The notes beneath the pieces were generated by a model. That model had not been told where the DNA came from, searched no databases, and was given only the letters and a program-made list of their open reading frames with translations. Positions 7,529 through 16,870 of a stretch of 64,000 bases of DNA are shown piece by piece (the stretch's first letter is position 1; the number at the start of each line of letters is the position of its first letter). The translations under genes and the position numbers were made by a program. The stretch is from the NCBI GenBank assembly GCA_017889705.1, contig JAGGAB010000010.1:3636-67635 (forward strand), read 5' to 3'. The stretch is from Bacillota bacterium. GTDB taxonomy: Bacteria > Bacillota > Negativicutes > Sporomusales > Sporomusaceae.

Positions 7529-8017
7529 TTGATTGAGATAAGGCGTGCAGCAAATCAGGACTTTGAAGCAATTTGGCCTATTATACATGAAGTTTTTTCT
7601 AAGGGAGATACTTATTCTTTCTCACCTGATACCTCTAAAGAAGAAGGTTTTCGTATTTGGATGGATATCCCGTTAGCAACATATGTAGCTTTAAAAAATG
7701 GACAGATTGTAGGTACATATTTTATAAAACCTAATCAACCAGGCTTGGGAGCTCATATTTGCAATGCGGGATATATTATTAACTCAAATTGTCGTGGAGA
7801 AGGAATAGGCAGAGCCTTGTGTGAACATTCCCTTAACGAAGCAAAAAATTTGGAATTTAAGGGAATGCAATTTAATTACGTTGTATCAACTAATCGAGTT
7901 GCTGTTGAACTATGGAAGAAGTGTGGCTTTAAAATTGTTGGTACATTATATAATGCTTGTAATCATAAGGAAAAAGGATTTGTGGATGTATATATAATGT
8001 ATCAATGGTTTGATTAA
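7529..8017 (+). CDS. GNAT family N-acetyltransferase
   Basis: RGEGIGRAL acetyl-CoA motif; QFNYVVSTNRVAVELWKKCGF. Confidence 0.92.
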   Translation: MIEIRRAANQDFEAIWPIIHEVFSKGDTYSFSPDTSKEEGFRIWMDIPLATYVALKNGQIVGTYFIKPNQPGLGAHICNAGYIINSNCRGEGIGRALCEHSLNEAKNLEFKGMQFNYVVSTNRVAVELWKKCGFKIVGTLYNACNHKEKGFVDVYIMYQWFD

Positions 8018-8157
8018 TAAGGCGTGGTTTGCAGGAGTATTACTAGAAATAATGTGAAAAGGACAAAAATCTTCAAAACAAATATAAAAATAACTATTAC
8101 ATCGAACAAATGTTTTGTGTTATAATAAGTATAGCAATTAGAAAGATGGTGTAAGCT

Positions 8158-8313
8158 ATGCATGATCCAAAAGAGTTGTGGAAAGAAGTAGAGCTGTTAC
8201 AAGAACAAATGCATGAAATTATAAGTAAAAAAGGTGCAAATTCACCCGAAGCGATACGAGTAATTCAAATGTACCGGAATAAAGTGCAAGAATATAATGC
8301 TGCCATAAAATGA
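8158..8313 (+). CDS. 51-aa Spo0E-like helical protein, possibly SOS-regulated
   Basis: MHDPKELWKEVELLQEQMHEIISKKGANSPEAIRVIQ; upstream CGAAC-AAAT-GTTT box and TG-n-TATAAT. Confidence 0.6.
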   Translation: MHDPKELWKEVELLQEQMHEIISKKGANSPEAIRVIQMYRNKVQEYNAAIK

Positions 8314-8440
8314 GAGCTTTATGCTCTTTTTGTTTGTCTAAAATCAGGACTTTTTTCCTAAGAAAAATAGTTCTTTTATCTTAAGGATGTCTGTTAAACA
8401 ATGACGAATTAAGATAAAAATAATTTTATAGGGTGATTAT

Positions 8441-8638
8441 ATGGTTGATGAAATTTATTCATTACGGAATCAAATGGTATACTTAGGTTACGCAACCAGA
8501 GAAATTGACGCCTGGATAAGTCATGTAATAGGAGATATACCTTTTGAACAATTAAACGATGAAGACTGTATTGAATTGATTAATTCCTTAAAAGACTATG
8601 TCTCATATGCGACAAGGAAAGCTGCAACTGCGGTTTAA
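8441..8638 (+). CDS. Small hypothetical protein
   Basis: RBS AGGGTG, 65-aa ORF, downstream hairpin terminator. Confidence 0.65.
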   Translation: MVDEIYSLRNQMVYLGYATREIDAWISHVIGDIPFEQLNDEDCIELINSLKDYVSYATRKAATAV

Positions 8639-8743
8639 ATTACTTATATATTTTTAAAAGCGCCCATAATGGCGCTTTTCTTAGTCTACCAGGAGCAAAC
8701 AGAAATTAAGGCTAGCATCTGCTAGCCTTAATTTCTGTTTGCT

Positions 8744-8992
8744 TCAGTCATCGTCATCGTTATTTGGCATGTGCTTTAGAGCAGGTTGTGCTACAAAATT
8801 GGAAGAAGTTCGCTCGCTAAACAAAAACTTGATACTCCAAAGACCAGCTATTCCGACCAATGAATATACAGCCCTACTTAGCAATGACTGTTGACCACCA
8901 AAAATTGCGGCAACCAAATCTATTTGGAATATGCCAACTAACAACCAATTGAGTGCACCAATAATAACTAAAAGTAGTGCAATTTTATCCAT
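8744..8992 (-). CDS. DUF378 family membrane protein
   Basis: IIGALNWLLVG...DLVAAIFG...YSLVGIAG; upstream GTATA...CATACTA forespore-sigma-like promoter. Confidence 0.9.
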   Translation of the reverse strand: MDKIALLLVIIGALNWLLVGIFQIDLVAAIFGGQQSLLSRAVYSLVGIAGLWSIKFLFSERTSSNFVAQPALKHMPNNDDDD

Positions 8993-9182
8993 AGTTTCAA
9001 CCCCTTTCTTACTCTAGTATGCAATCCTGTAGTAGCGCTTATACACTTTAAACCATCATTGCAGTATGGGTGCTAACCTATCTATAGGTAATAAAGCGTG
9101 AAGCCTATTCTTTTTGGATGGTCTTGCTAGGTTTATATGCTATAATAAAATTAACAATAAAAGCTAGGAAGGCGGGAGCTTT

Positions 9183-9374
9183 ATGAGCGTCGAAGCTCCG
9201 AGGGCATTTATTGAAAAAATGAAAACCGATGAAGATTTTGCCAAGAAAGTTACGGAATGCAGAGACGCAAAAGCTTGGATGACATTAGCCAAGGAAATTG
9301 GGCTTGATGTTATGGTTGACGATATTACGGTCGCAGATATGGAAGAAGCAATTAAGAAATTAAACGTCGATTAG
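9183..9374 (+). CDS. Nif11-like leader peptide family protein
   Basis: MSVEAPRAFIEKMKTDEDFAKKV...LAKEIG pattern; no GG cleavage motif. Confidence 0.75.
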   Translation: MSVEAPRAFIEKMKTDEDFAKKVTECRDAKAWMTLAKEIGLDVMVDDITVADMEEAIKKLNVD

Positions 9375-9543
9375 TTGCTCACTGATAGATAACAGGTTCT
9401 TTATATCTCTTAAGAGAGTAAAGAACCTGTTTTTTTGTCTGGTAATACATCTATGATTTTTATTTCTTATATAAAAGACAAAATATTACATAATTTTCTG
9501 AAAATGTTTTGTATCTTAACTTATATCATGATATAGTTAAGAC

Positions 9544-9834
9544 AAGAAGAGGAGCTGTTCGGAAGATACCTAAGAAGGTATCAGCAACTCGGTTGAGGAT
9601 ATTCGGATAGTTCCTCTGCCAAAACTATCAAACCCGTACCAAAAATAACCGGAGGGGTTATGGCGCTGACGGGAGATAGTTTACAAGGCGGCACTAACAG
9701 CGCACAACTTGGTCGTACGAGTGGCTGAAGGCTCTCGGGAAGCGGTAAGTTGTCCGCAAGGAAAAGCTTACTACCGTACCAAGTCAGTAGGCAGTGCCGG
9801 AATCCCCCGCAAGTTCTTGACTTGCGGGGGATTC
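9544..9834 (+). ncRNA. Candidate ~290-nt structured noncoding RNA, family unknown
   Basis: Promoter TTGTAT-17-TATAGT with TG extension (9509-9537); many nested helices; 15-bp terminal hairpin; no long ORF. Confidence 0.6.
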
Positions 9835-9897
9835 AATTATATCTGATTATTGACACAAGGAATATTTGTGCTATAATTACGAGTAAGTAAATAGTTA

Positions 9898-10163
9898 AAT
9901 GCAATGATGGAGAGAAGTACGTTTGTCGGGCTTTTCAGAGAGCCGGTGGTTGGTGCAAACCGGTAAGCAGACTCTCAGAAATACACTCCTGAGCAGCAGG
10001 TTGAAAAGAGTTGAGTAGGCCGCGCCGGAATGCTACCGTTAAACAGGCAAAGGTATCGGAGATTGGCTCCTGTACCTGATATGAGTGGCTTGCTTAGAGC
10101 AAGCAGGGTGGTACCACGGATTAGTAATCCCGTCCCTGTAGAAATACAGTGATGGGATTTTTT
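9898..10163 (+). promoter_or_regulatory. T-box riboswitch, Tyr (UAC) specifier
   Basis: AGTA/GAA loop E, AGAGAGCCGGTGGTTGGTGCAAACCGG apex, TAC at 9982-9984, AGGGTGGTACCACG at 10105, terminator 10126-10163; promoter TTGACA-16-TATAAT at 9850-9877. Confidence 0.92.
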
Positions 10164-10258
10164 AATTTGTAGATTTGTGTAGTTTGTAAGCATGGTAGGT
10201 AGTTAAGATGTTTTCTCTGGTAGTAAAGTAGAATGGTAGAATAGGGAGGAACAAGCAA

Positions 10259-11893
10259 GTGGTAATAACAGAAATACTTTCCCGTAATGCCTGTCAGTTC
10301 GGGGACGAGATCAGTCTGATCGAGATAAATCCAGAGCTGCAGGATAAACATGTCGTTTCCTGGCGTGAATTCGAGCTGATTGAAACTAATCCAGCGGCAA
10401 GTTTTCGCCGCGAGATGACCTGGCAGGAATTTGACGACAAAGCCAATAAAGTTGCAAATCTGCTGTTAAGTAAAGGAATAAAAAAAGGCGATAAAGTTGC
10501 CATTTTATTAATGAATTGCCTGGAATGGCTGCCAATTTATTTTGGTATTCTTAAAACCGGTGCTGTAGCAGTACCGATGAATTTCCGCTATGCTTCGGAT
10601 GAAATAAAATACTGTTTGGAATTGGCCGATGCAACTGCACTAGTTTTCGGCCCTGAGTTTGTCGACCGTATGGAACCAATCAGCGATAAACTGCCGTTTA
10701 TTAGCATGTACTTGTTTGTTGGTGAAAACTGTCCGGCTTATGCGCAAAGCTATGAACAGCTTACTGCTGAGTGTTCAATTACAGAACCGAAGATTACTTT
10801 CACTGAGCAAGATGATGCCGCCATTTATTTTTCGTCGGGAACTACCGGTTTTCCTAAAGCCATTTTGCACTCACACCGCAGTCTGCTATCAGCTTGTTAC
10901 ACCGAACAAAGCCATCACCAGCAGACCCGTAATGATAATTTCCTCTGTATTCCGCCACTATATCATACCGGCGCCAAAATGCACTGGTTTGGCAGCTTTT
11001 TGTCAGGCAGCAAAGCTGTTTTGCTCCGTGGCGTGAAACCTGAGTGGATTCTAAAGGCTGTTTCTGAAGAACAAGCAACCATTGTCTGGCTGCTCGTGCC
11101 TTGGGTGCAAGATATTCTTGATGCCATTGAAAGCGGCGAAATAAAGCTGAAGGACTATAATCTTGATCAGTGGCGTCTCATGCATATTGGCGCTCAACCT
11201 GTTCCGCCTAGTCTAATTCAACGTTGGAAAAAACACTTTCCCCACCATCTATATGACACAAATTATGGCTTAAGTGAATCTATCGGCCCAGGCTGTGTTC
11301 ATCTGGGTATGGAAAATATTCATAAGGTAGGGGCCATCGGTAAGTCTGGTTATGGCTGGGAAGCCATGATTATTGATGAAGAGGGCCATCTGGTTCCCAA
11401 AGGCAATGTGGGGGAACTTATTGTAAAAGGCCCTGGGGTAATGAACTGTTACTATAAGGACCCGGAATCCACAGCCGCCGTACTAAAAAACGGCTGGCTC
11501 TTAACCGGCGATATGGCTCGCATGGATGAAGATGGCTTTATTTATTTAGTTGACCGGAAAAAAGATGTTATTATCTCTGGCGGCGAAAATCTTTACCCAG
11601 TACAAATCGAAGATTTCCTGCATCGCCATGATGACATCAAGGATGTGGCCGTAATCGGCCTTCCTGACCAGCGTTTGGGCGAAATTGCCGCCGCCATCGT
11701 CGAACTAAAGCCTGAATCACCATGCACCGAAAAAGATGTTATCGAATTTTGTTCGGCATTACCACGTTACAAACGACCACGTAAAATTATTTTTGATATG
11801 GTGCCGCGTAATCCAACCGGCAAAATTGAAAAACCCCGTCTGCGTGAAAAATATTGTATGGGCAGCGTGGTTGCTTTGCAGACTGAGAATTAA
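10259..11893 (+). CDS. Class I adenylate-forming enzyme (acyl/aryl-CoA ligase)
   Basis: FSSGTTGFPK P-loop, YGLSE, TGD, DRKKD, PRNPTGK. Confidence 0.93.
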   Translation: MVITEILSRNACQFGDEISLIEINPELQDKHVVSWREFELIETNPAASFRREMTWQEFDDKANKVANLLLSKGIKKGDKVAILLMNCLEWLPIYFGILKTGAVAVPMNFRYASDEIKYCLELADATALVFGPEFVDRMEPISDKLPFISMYLFVGENCPAYAQSYEQLTAECSITEPKITFTEQDDAAIYFSSGTTGFPKAILHSHRSLLSACYTEQSHHQQTRNDNFLCIPPLYHTGAKMHWFGSFLSGSKAVLLRGVKPEWILKAVSEEQATIVWLLVPWVQDILDAIESGEIKLKDYNLDQWRLMHIGAQPVPPSLIQRWKKHFPHHLYDTNYGLSESIGPGCVHLGMENIHKVGAIGKSGYGWEAMIIDEEGHLVPKGNVGELIVKGPGVMNCYYKDPESTAAVLKNGWLLTGDMARMDEDGFIYLVDRKKDVIISGGENLYPVQIEDFLHRHDDIKDVAVIGLPDQRLGEIAAAIVELKPESPCTEKDVIEFCSALPRYKRPRKIIFDMVPRNPTGKIEKPRLREKYCMGSVVALQTEN

Positions 11894-11949
11894 ATAATAG
11901 TTATGAGCCCACGCAAAAGAATAATATAATATTATTTTTATGGCTATAT

Positions 11950-11989
11950 AAAAAAGCTTACCGGATTTATTATACCGGTAAGCTTTTTT
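11950..11989 (+). terminator. Bidirectional intrinsic terminator
   Basis: AAAAAAGCTTACCGG...CCGGTAAGCTTTTTT. Confidence 0.85.
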
Positions 11990-12022
11990 AGTAGTCCCTC
12001 TTACAAATTTGCCCATTATTTT

Positions 12023-12050
12023 ATGTCCGATAATATCTATTATGTGAAGT
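12023..12050 (+). other. dif site (XerCD chromosome dimer resolution)
   Basis: ATGTCCGATAA-TATCTA-TTATGTGAAGT (11-6-11); lies where gene orientation flips from + to -. Confidence 0.8.
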
Positions 12051-12373
12051 AAACCCGATAATGTAAAATGTAAGTAGTAGTTGTATTAGGATTTACATTA
12101 GCTAATCTATAGTAGAAACTATTGTTCTTTATATCAATCATATCTCTTTGATCTTATTATTTAAATATACGACCAAAACAAATTTGTACTGTCTATTTGC
12201 TTTGGTCGTATGTGCATTTATGTATATTTTCCAAAATTTAGAACATATAATATATTAGGCAAGTAACATCAGCGTGGCGATATGACATGCATTAAATTAT
12301 TTTTAAAGTTAGGCCGTTATCTTTAAAAATAAAAATGGCCAGTTGGGGTAGGACCAACATGTTACTTGCTCAT

Positions 12374-15300
12374 TTATTTTATGCGTTGAAATGACTTCGC
12401 AAGGAGTAAGGATTGTTGCTGCGTATTATCAAAGTATTTTGATCGTAAGTACCGTTCTTTACTAGGTTCAATATTATCATTGTATATTAAACACTTTCGT
12501 ATAATCTGTTGTATAAAGTGCTTTATTATTGGATCTTTGGTAGTTTTATACAGATAGTCTGCTTTTTCAATTACCGAATCGATATTTGCTATATTCTCTT
12601 CCATCATGATGTTTTGTATTAAATAATTTATATTTCCTTTAGTTTCATAACCATTGAGAATACTAATTGTTTTTTTGTCAGTAGAAATATTAGCGATCAG
12701 ATCATATATATTAAGTATTGAAACAATCGCTAATTTTGTTAAAATTATACCGACTTTATCCTTTGTGATTTTTTTTGAGTTATCTATTTTACTATTTATA
12801 TATAGTTCCAAATCGTCAATTATAAGATCAAAATCATTGTCTATTTCATGCAGCCAACTATATATAATTTTATTAGGATAGCTATATATGTTCTTTACTA
12901 TTTCATCCTTAACTTCACGCTTTAAGATATGCGAAAAATTTGGTAGAGATTTTGCAATCATTTCAGTATATTTGATTGCTTTTAGTATCTGATTAACTTT
13001 TAAAGTCACTTCCTCTTCATTGTAATCATAAATATCAACAGTTTCAATAATCTCTTTACTGTGCACTTTTTTCTCAGATTCTGTCTCAGACTTTATTATG
13101 TTTTTTGGGGCTGATTTATCTGGAGGATTAATTTTTAACTTGTCTTTAAATCTAGTAATAAAATTAATATTATTATTAACAAAATTGAACTCATCCCAAG
13201 ATCCCATATGTGATTCTGCTGCACTGTAAATAGAATTTAAAATTTGTGTATTTTGAGTTATATAAGTTAGAAATAAAATGATATCTCCATTAATTCCAAA
13301 ACAAATATTATTTAATATATATAACAAATCTTCCGGATTATGTTCTTCATTATATTTTCTATTTAATCTTCTAGCAACGAAAAATGCTAAGTAATTATTA
13401 TTACAAAATTTTATATCCCAGCTATCGCCAACATCTTTTAGTATTTTGGCATTAGTAACCACATCATATAAATTCTTTATTTTAACATTTTGGCCATATT
13501 CATCATTATATTGTTTTACAATTAGCTCAAACTCCATCCTTTTAATAGGATATTTTTTATGAAAATGAATAAAATAAGCTAATTCTTCTAATAGCACAAA
13601 AATTATGTCAACTGATTCTTGAGGATTACATTCCATTATTGCATTTACAATATTATTCTCAAAAATAATATTAAAAATATTATTATTTTTAGTATTACCT
13701 ATATTATTTTCAATATAATATCTAATATATTGAATAATAAAATCCGGATCAATCCTAAATAGTTGGAATTGATTTTTTATAAAATCATTTGTTTTTTTCA
13801 CAAACAAATCAATTTGTGAATTGGTATCATCTTTTAAAAGGCATGTTACATTTTTTATTAATTCTCTTCTTTTATCAGAATAAAAATGCCGCAATTGATA
13901 AGTTGTAAATTCATTTTCTTCAAAATAGGTTTTAGCAATATGCAACAAATTTAAATTTATTTCACTTTTTGTAGAAATTACAATATAATCAAATTCTTCA
14001 TTAAGAATACTCAGGAATTTTACTATAGTATTTTCCTTAATTTTAGTTATATCATCTACTAAAGCCACTTTGAGCGAAGAATCTATTTGTTGGAACTTAA
14101 TAAAATCACTCTCATCTTCGCCATATTGAACACGAAAGGTTTCTTTGATCAAACGATTCACAGATTTATCTTTTATATCTTCAGAAGAGAATAACATTGG
14201 AATTTTAGTTTTTAATAAATTAATGTATAAATATTTTAACAATGTTGTTTTACCTGTATTATCACTGCCCTCAATAATGATTTTCCTTTTTTCCAACAAC
14301 TCTTTTAAGAATGTTTCTTGGTCACAAATCTCTTTATTATCAATAAATTTATCAATGCTCTTTAAGCTCAATCTAGGAAACACAAAATAGTCTAAGAATG
14401 ACTTAGAAATTTTGTGTTTTCCATCTTGGCCTAATAAGTTATAAAAACTATCTGTAGGAAATAATTTATATCCTTTAGCTTTTTTATGAATAAGTTTACT
14501 ATCACTTACTTTTTTATGTTTATAAATTTGAGATCTAGGACTCCAATTAAATTGATAAATTTCAACCTCCTCATTAGCTGTATTAATAGTAACAACATTA
14601 AAGCTACTACTATCAGGATTCTGGTTATCGCCTAAGACTCCACCCCCAAGTATATTTAAAAGAGCAGCATCATTAAGTATTGTCTTTTTGTTTTGAGGGT
14701 TATGTTCATGTCCTAAGAACAACAGTGATGTACCATCAAATAAAGCTTGTATAAAACGCGGTTTAATATCTTCATTGAACCATTCTGGATTATGGTGCAT
14801 GACAGTTATAGCAATATTAACATTGTTACTTATGTCATAATCGTTTATATAAAGTCTTTCAATTAAACTTATAGGTAGATGATGATTGCCTTTGTCATTG
14901 TCTAGTGTTGAAAAACATGCAGAATTTATTAAATTTACTTTGATTTTCAAATCGTTATATTGAATAAAATGTTGGTCTAAGATTTTATTATTTTTAAAGC
15001 AATGATTGCGACAAGCAAATTGATAAAAATCTTCGAATAATTTGGGTTCTTCAGATAATAGAATCTCATCCTGTTTTTTGTCTTTATAATATTGCTCTAT
15101 TGTATCACTGGTCCGTGGATTTGCACCATAAACCAGGTCATGATTTCCAGGCGTTACAAAGACTTTAATGTATTTAGATAAATTAAATTTATCCTTTATT
15201 CCATCAACTAGAGTCCCTAAAAAATGACCTGCATGTTTATATTCATTAGGTATACCCTGATAAGCTATGTCGCCTGAAAAGAGAATTAAGCATTCGTCAA

Positions 15301-15409
15301 CTTTTTTAATTACACTTAAGGAACTAATTATCTTTTCTCGCCGCTCACGTGTAATCGTATTTATGTTTTTAAAATGTGCATCACTCAAGTGTAAAATTAA
15401 TAATTTCAT
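12374..15409 (-). CDS. Calcineurin-like metallophosphoesterase fused to STAND/NACHT-type NTPase (~1011 aa)
   Basis: HLSDAH, SGDIAYQG, PGNHD, MHH, GHEH; Walker A GSDNTGKTT, Walker B VALVDD; RBS AGGAGG before ATG at 15409. Confidence 0.85.
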   Translation of the reverse strand: MKLLILHLSDAHFKNINTITRERREKIISSLSVIKKVDECLILFSGDIAYQGIPNEYKHAGHFLGTLVDGIKDKFNLSKYIKVFVTPGNHDLVYGANPRTSDTIEQYYKDKKQDEILLSEEPKLFEDFYQFACRNHCFKNNKILDQHFIQYNDLKIKVNLINSACFSTLDNDKGNHHLPISLIERLYINDYDISNNVNIAITVMHHNPEWFNEDIKPRFIQALFDGTSLLFLGHEHNPQNKKTILNDAALLNILGGGVLGDNQNPDSSSFNVVTINTANEEVEIYQFNWSPRSQIYKHKKVSDSKLIHKKAKGYKLFPTDSFYNLLGQDGKHKISKSFLDYFVFPRLSLKSIDKFIDNKEICDQETFLKELLEKRKIIIEGSDNTGKTTLLKYLYINLLKTKIPMLFSSEDIKDKSVNRLIKETFRVQYGEDESDFIKFQQIDSSLKVALVDDITKIKENTIVKFLSILNEEFDYIVISTKSEINLNLLHIAKTYFEENEFTTYQLRHFYSDKRRELIKNVTCLLKDDTNSQIDLFVKKTNDFIKNQFQLFRIDPDFIIQYIRYYIENNIGNTKNNNIFNIIFENNIVNAIMECNPQESVDIIFVLLEELAYFIHFHKKYPIKRMEFELIVKQYNDEYGQNVKIKNLYDVVTNAKILKDVGDSWDIKFCNNNYLAFFVARRLNRKYNEEHNPEDLLYILNNICFGINGDIILFLTYITQNTQILNSIYSAAESHMGSWDEFNFVNNNINFITRFKDKLKINPPDKSAPKNIIKSETESEKKVHSKEIIETVDIYDYNEEEVTLKVNQILKAIKYTEMIAKSLPNFSHILKREVKDEIVKNIYSYPNKIIYSWLHEIDNDFDLIIDDLELYINSKIDNSKKITKDKVGIILTKLAIVSILNIYDLIANISTDKKTISILNGYETKGNINYLIQNIMMEENIANIDSVIEKADYLYKTTKDPIIKHFIQQIIRKCLIYNDNIEPSKERYLRSKYFDNTQQQSLLLAKSFQRIK

Positions 15410-15483
15410 AAGTAACTCCTCCTGTTCTACATATATATTAATAAAATTCTCTAAATACATTATATCCCCTGCCATATTTATAC

Positions 15484-15519
15484 AAAAAAGCAGATAATTA
15501 TGTAATTATCTGCTTTTTT
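15484..15519. terminator. 17-bp perfect inverted repeat at the end of the recombinase operon
   Basis: AAAAAAGCAGATAATTA-tg-TAATTATCTGCTTTTTT. Confidence 0.7.
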
Positions 15520-16870
15520 CCGGCTCTAATATATCAATGTTCATGAGCAAAACTGGTGCTGCTGCTTGAATATAAGGTTGCGTTCCCATAAAACTTAATC
15601 CTAATCCTTCCAGTAGTTTCAGGTGACCAGAACGGGCGATATCATGGAATCTTGTACTTCTAAGTTTACGAACGTTTATTCCTATTTCTTTTAATAAGTA
15701 ACCTATAACTTCAGGGCCAACAGGTTGATTTCGTTTATATGATATTCGAGATATTATTAAGTAGTCGTTATGAGCTCCTTTGCATTTTGTTTCTCGCCAT
15801 GAAAGGTACCGCTTAAATATGTTTTCAATAATGGGGGTAAGTTTAATATTAATTGGACGGCCTGGGATGATGATTTTGTCACCTACAATACAGTTATATG
15901 GTAAATAACGAAGTTCTTCTCTTGAACAAGCATAAATTAAAGAGAGTATACCGACTAATGCCTCTCTTGGGTCACCTTCATCATCCAGCCATCTCTTTAA
16001 GAGATTTGCTTGCTTCTGTTCATCCAACGGCTGTGTTAATTCGTTGCCATAACTGAGTTTTATCCCACTACAAGGATTTGAAAATGCTAATTTATCTTTC
16101 CGGGCCCACTTAAAAAAGTTAGATGCTTCCTGTAATCGTGTATAAGCATTTTTTTGGCTATTCATAGAAAGTAAATAGTTTAAGTAAGCCTTAATATGGT
16201 CAGAACTTACCTGCCTGGTATCGATTATGTGGAATGTTTTCTTTAGAAAATTGAATAAGTACTTTAACGAATAGGCTAACTGAAACCTTGTGTAATACTT
16301 ATATTTGCGATATGTGCGTAAGAACTCAAGGTAACTTTCTACTATAATCTTAAATTCATCAGGTATATCATCAATTACAGCCTTAATACGAAGTTCCTCT
16401 GATGCGTTGTTTAAGGCATACTTATCTTTTAGGAATTCAACAAAATGGTATAAAGCAGTACGCTTCTGAACTGATAACGTTGCCCGATATTTCTCAATCT
16501 GGATAATATCGTTGATAGACCATTTATCTTTTAATGTTATTGCCTCTGTTTCAAAAGCCTCTACAGTATACCGAATTCGATATGCAATCTCACGTTTTTG
16601 ATCACCATAACTATTATCCAGATAAGAAATAAAATCCTTGATCAGGACTCCCAACCGGCTTTTATCATTATCGAAGGTGGTTCTAAACTGGTAATACTTT
16701 TCAATCATGTATTTATCAGTTTCACACGTTCGGCAAAGTTTTCTCCCTTCACGAGCCTGTCTTATATTGCAGGCAACACACAATCGAATTTCTCCAAGTG
16801 CTAACTTAGAACGCTTCTTCTGGATAGAGGGTTTGTTTTTGTTTTGCTTGTCCTTTTGGCTTTCTAGCAT
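15506..16870 (-). CDS. Degenerate tyrosine-recombinase-like protein with N-terminal zinc ribbon
   Basis: CVAC..CRTC; integrase SAM-like region (SDHIKAYL, NFFKWA, NPC); eroded catalytic boxes. Confidence 0.7.
   Translation of the reverse strand: MLESQKDKQNKNKPSIQKKRSKLALGEIRLCVACNIRQAREGRKLCRTCETDKYMIEKYYQFRTTFDNDKSRLGVLIKDFISYLDNSYGDQKREIAYRIRYTVEAFETEAITLKDKWSINDIIQIEKYRATLSVQKRTALYHFVEFLKDKYALNNASEELRIKAVIDDIPDEFKIIVESYLEFLRTYRKYKYYTRFQLAYSLKYLFNFLKKTFHIIDTRQVSSDHIKAYLNYLLSMNSQKNAYTRLQEASNFFKWARKDKLAFSNPCSGIKLSYGNELTQPLDEQKQANLLKRWLDDEGDPREALVGILSLIYACSREELRYLPYNCIVGDKIIIPGRPINIKLTPIIENIFKRYLSWRETKCKGAHNDYLIISRISYKRNQPVGPEVIGYLLKEIGINVRKLRSTRFHDIARSGHLKLLEGLGLSFMGTQPYIQAAAPVLLMNIDILEPEKSR

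Noticed and set aside
9740-9775. SRP RNA (TCC-GCAA-GGA resembles helix 8)
   Set aside because: Lacks the conserved CAGG/AGCAG symmetric loop and the Alu domain
9975-10351. Minus-strand ORFs of 72 and 76 aa
   Set aside because: Antisense to the T-box and ligase start; no protein features
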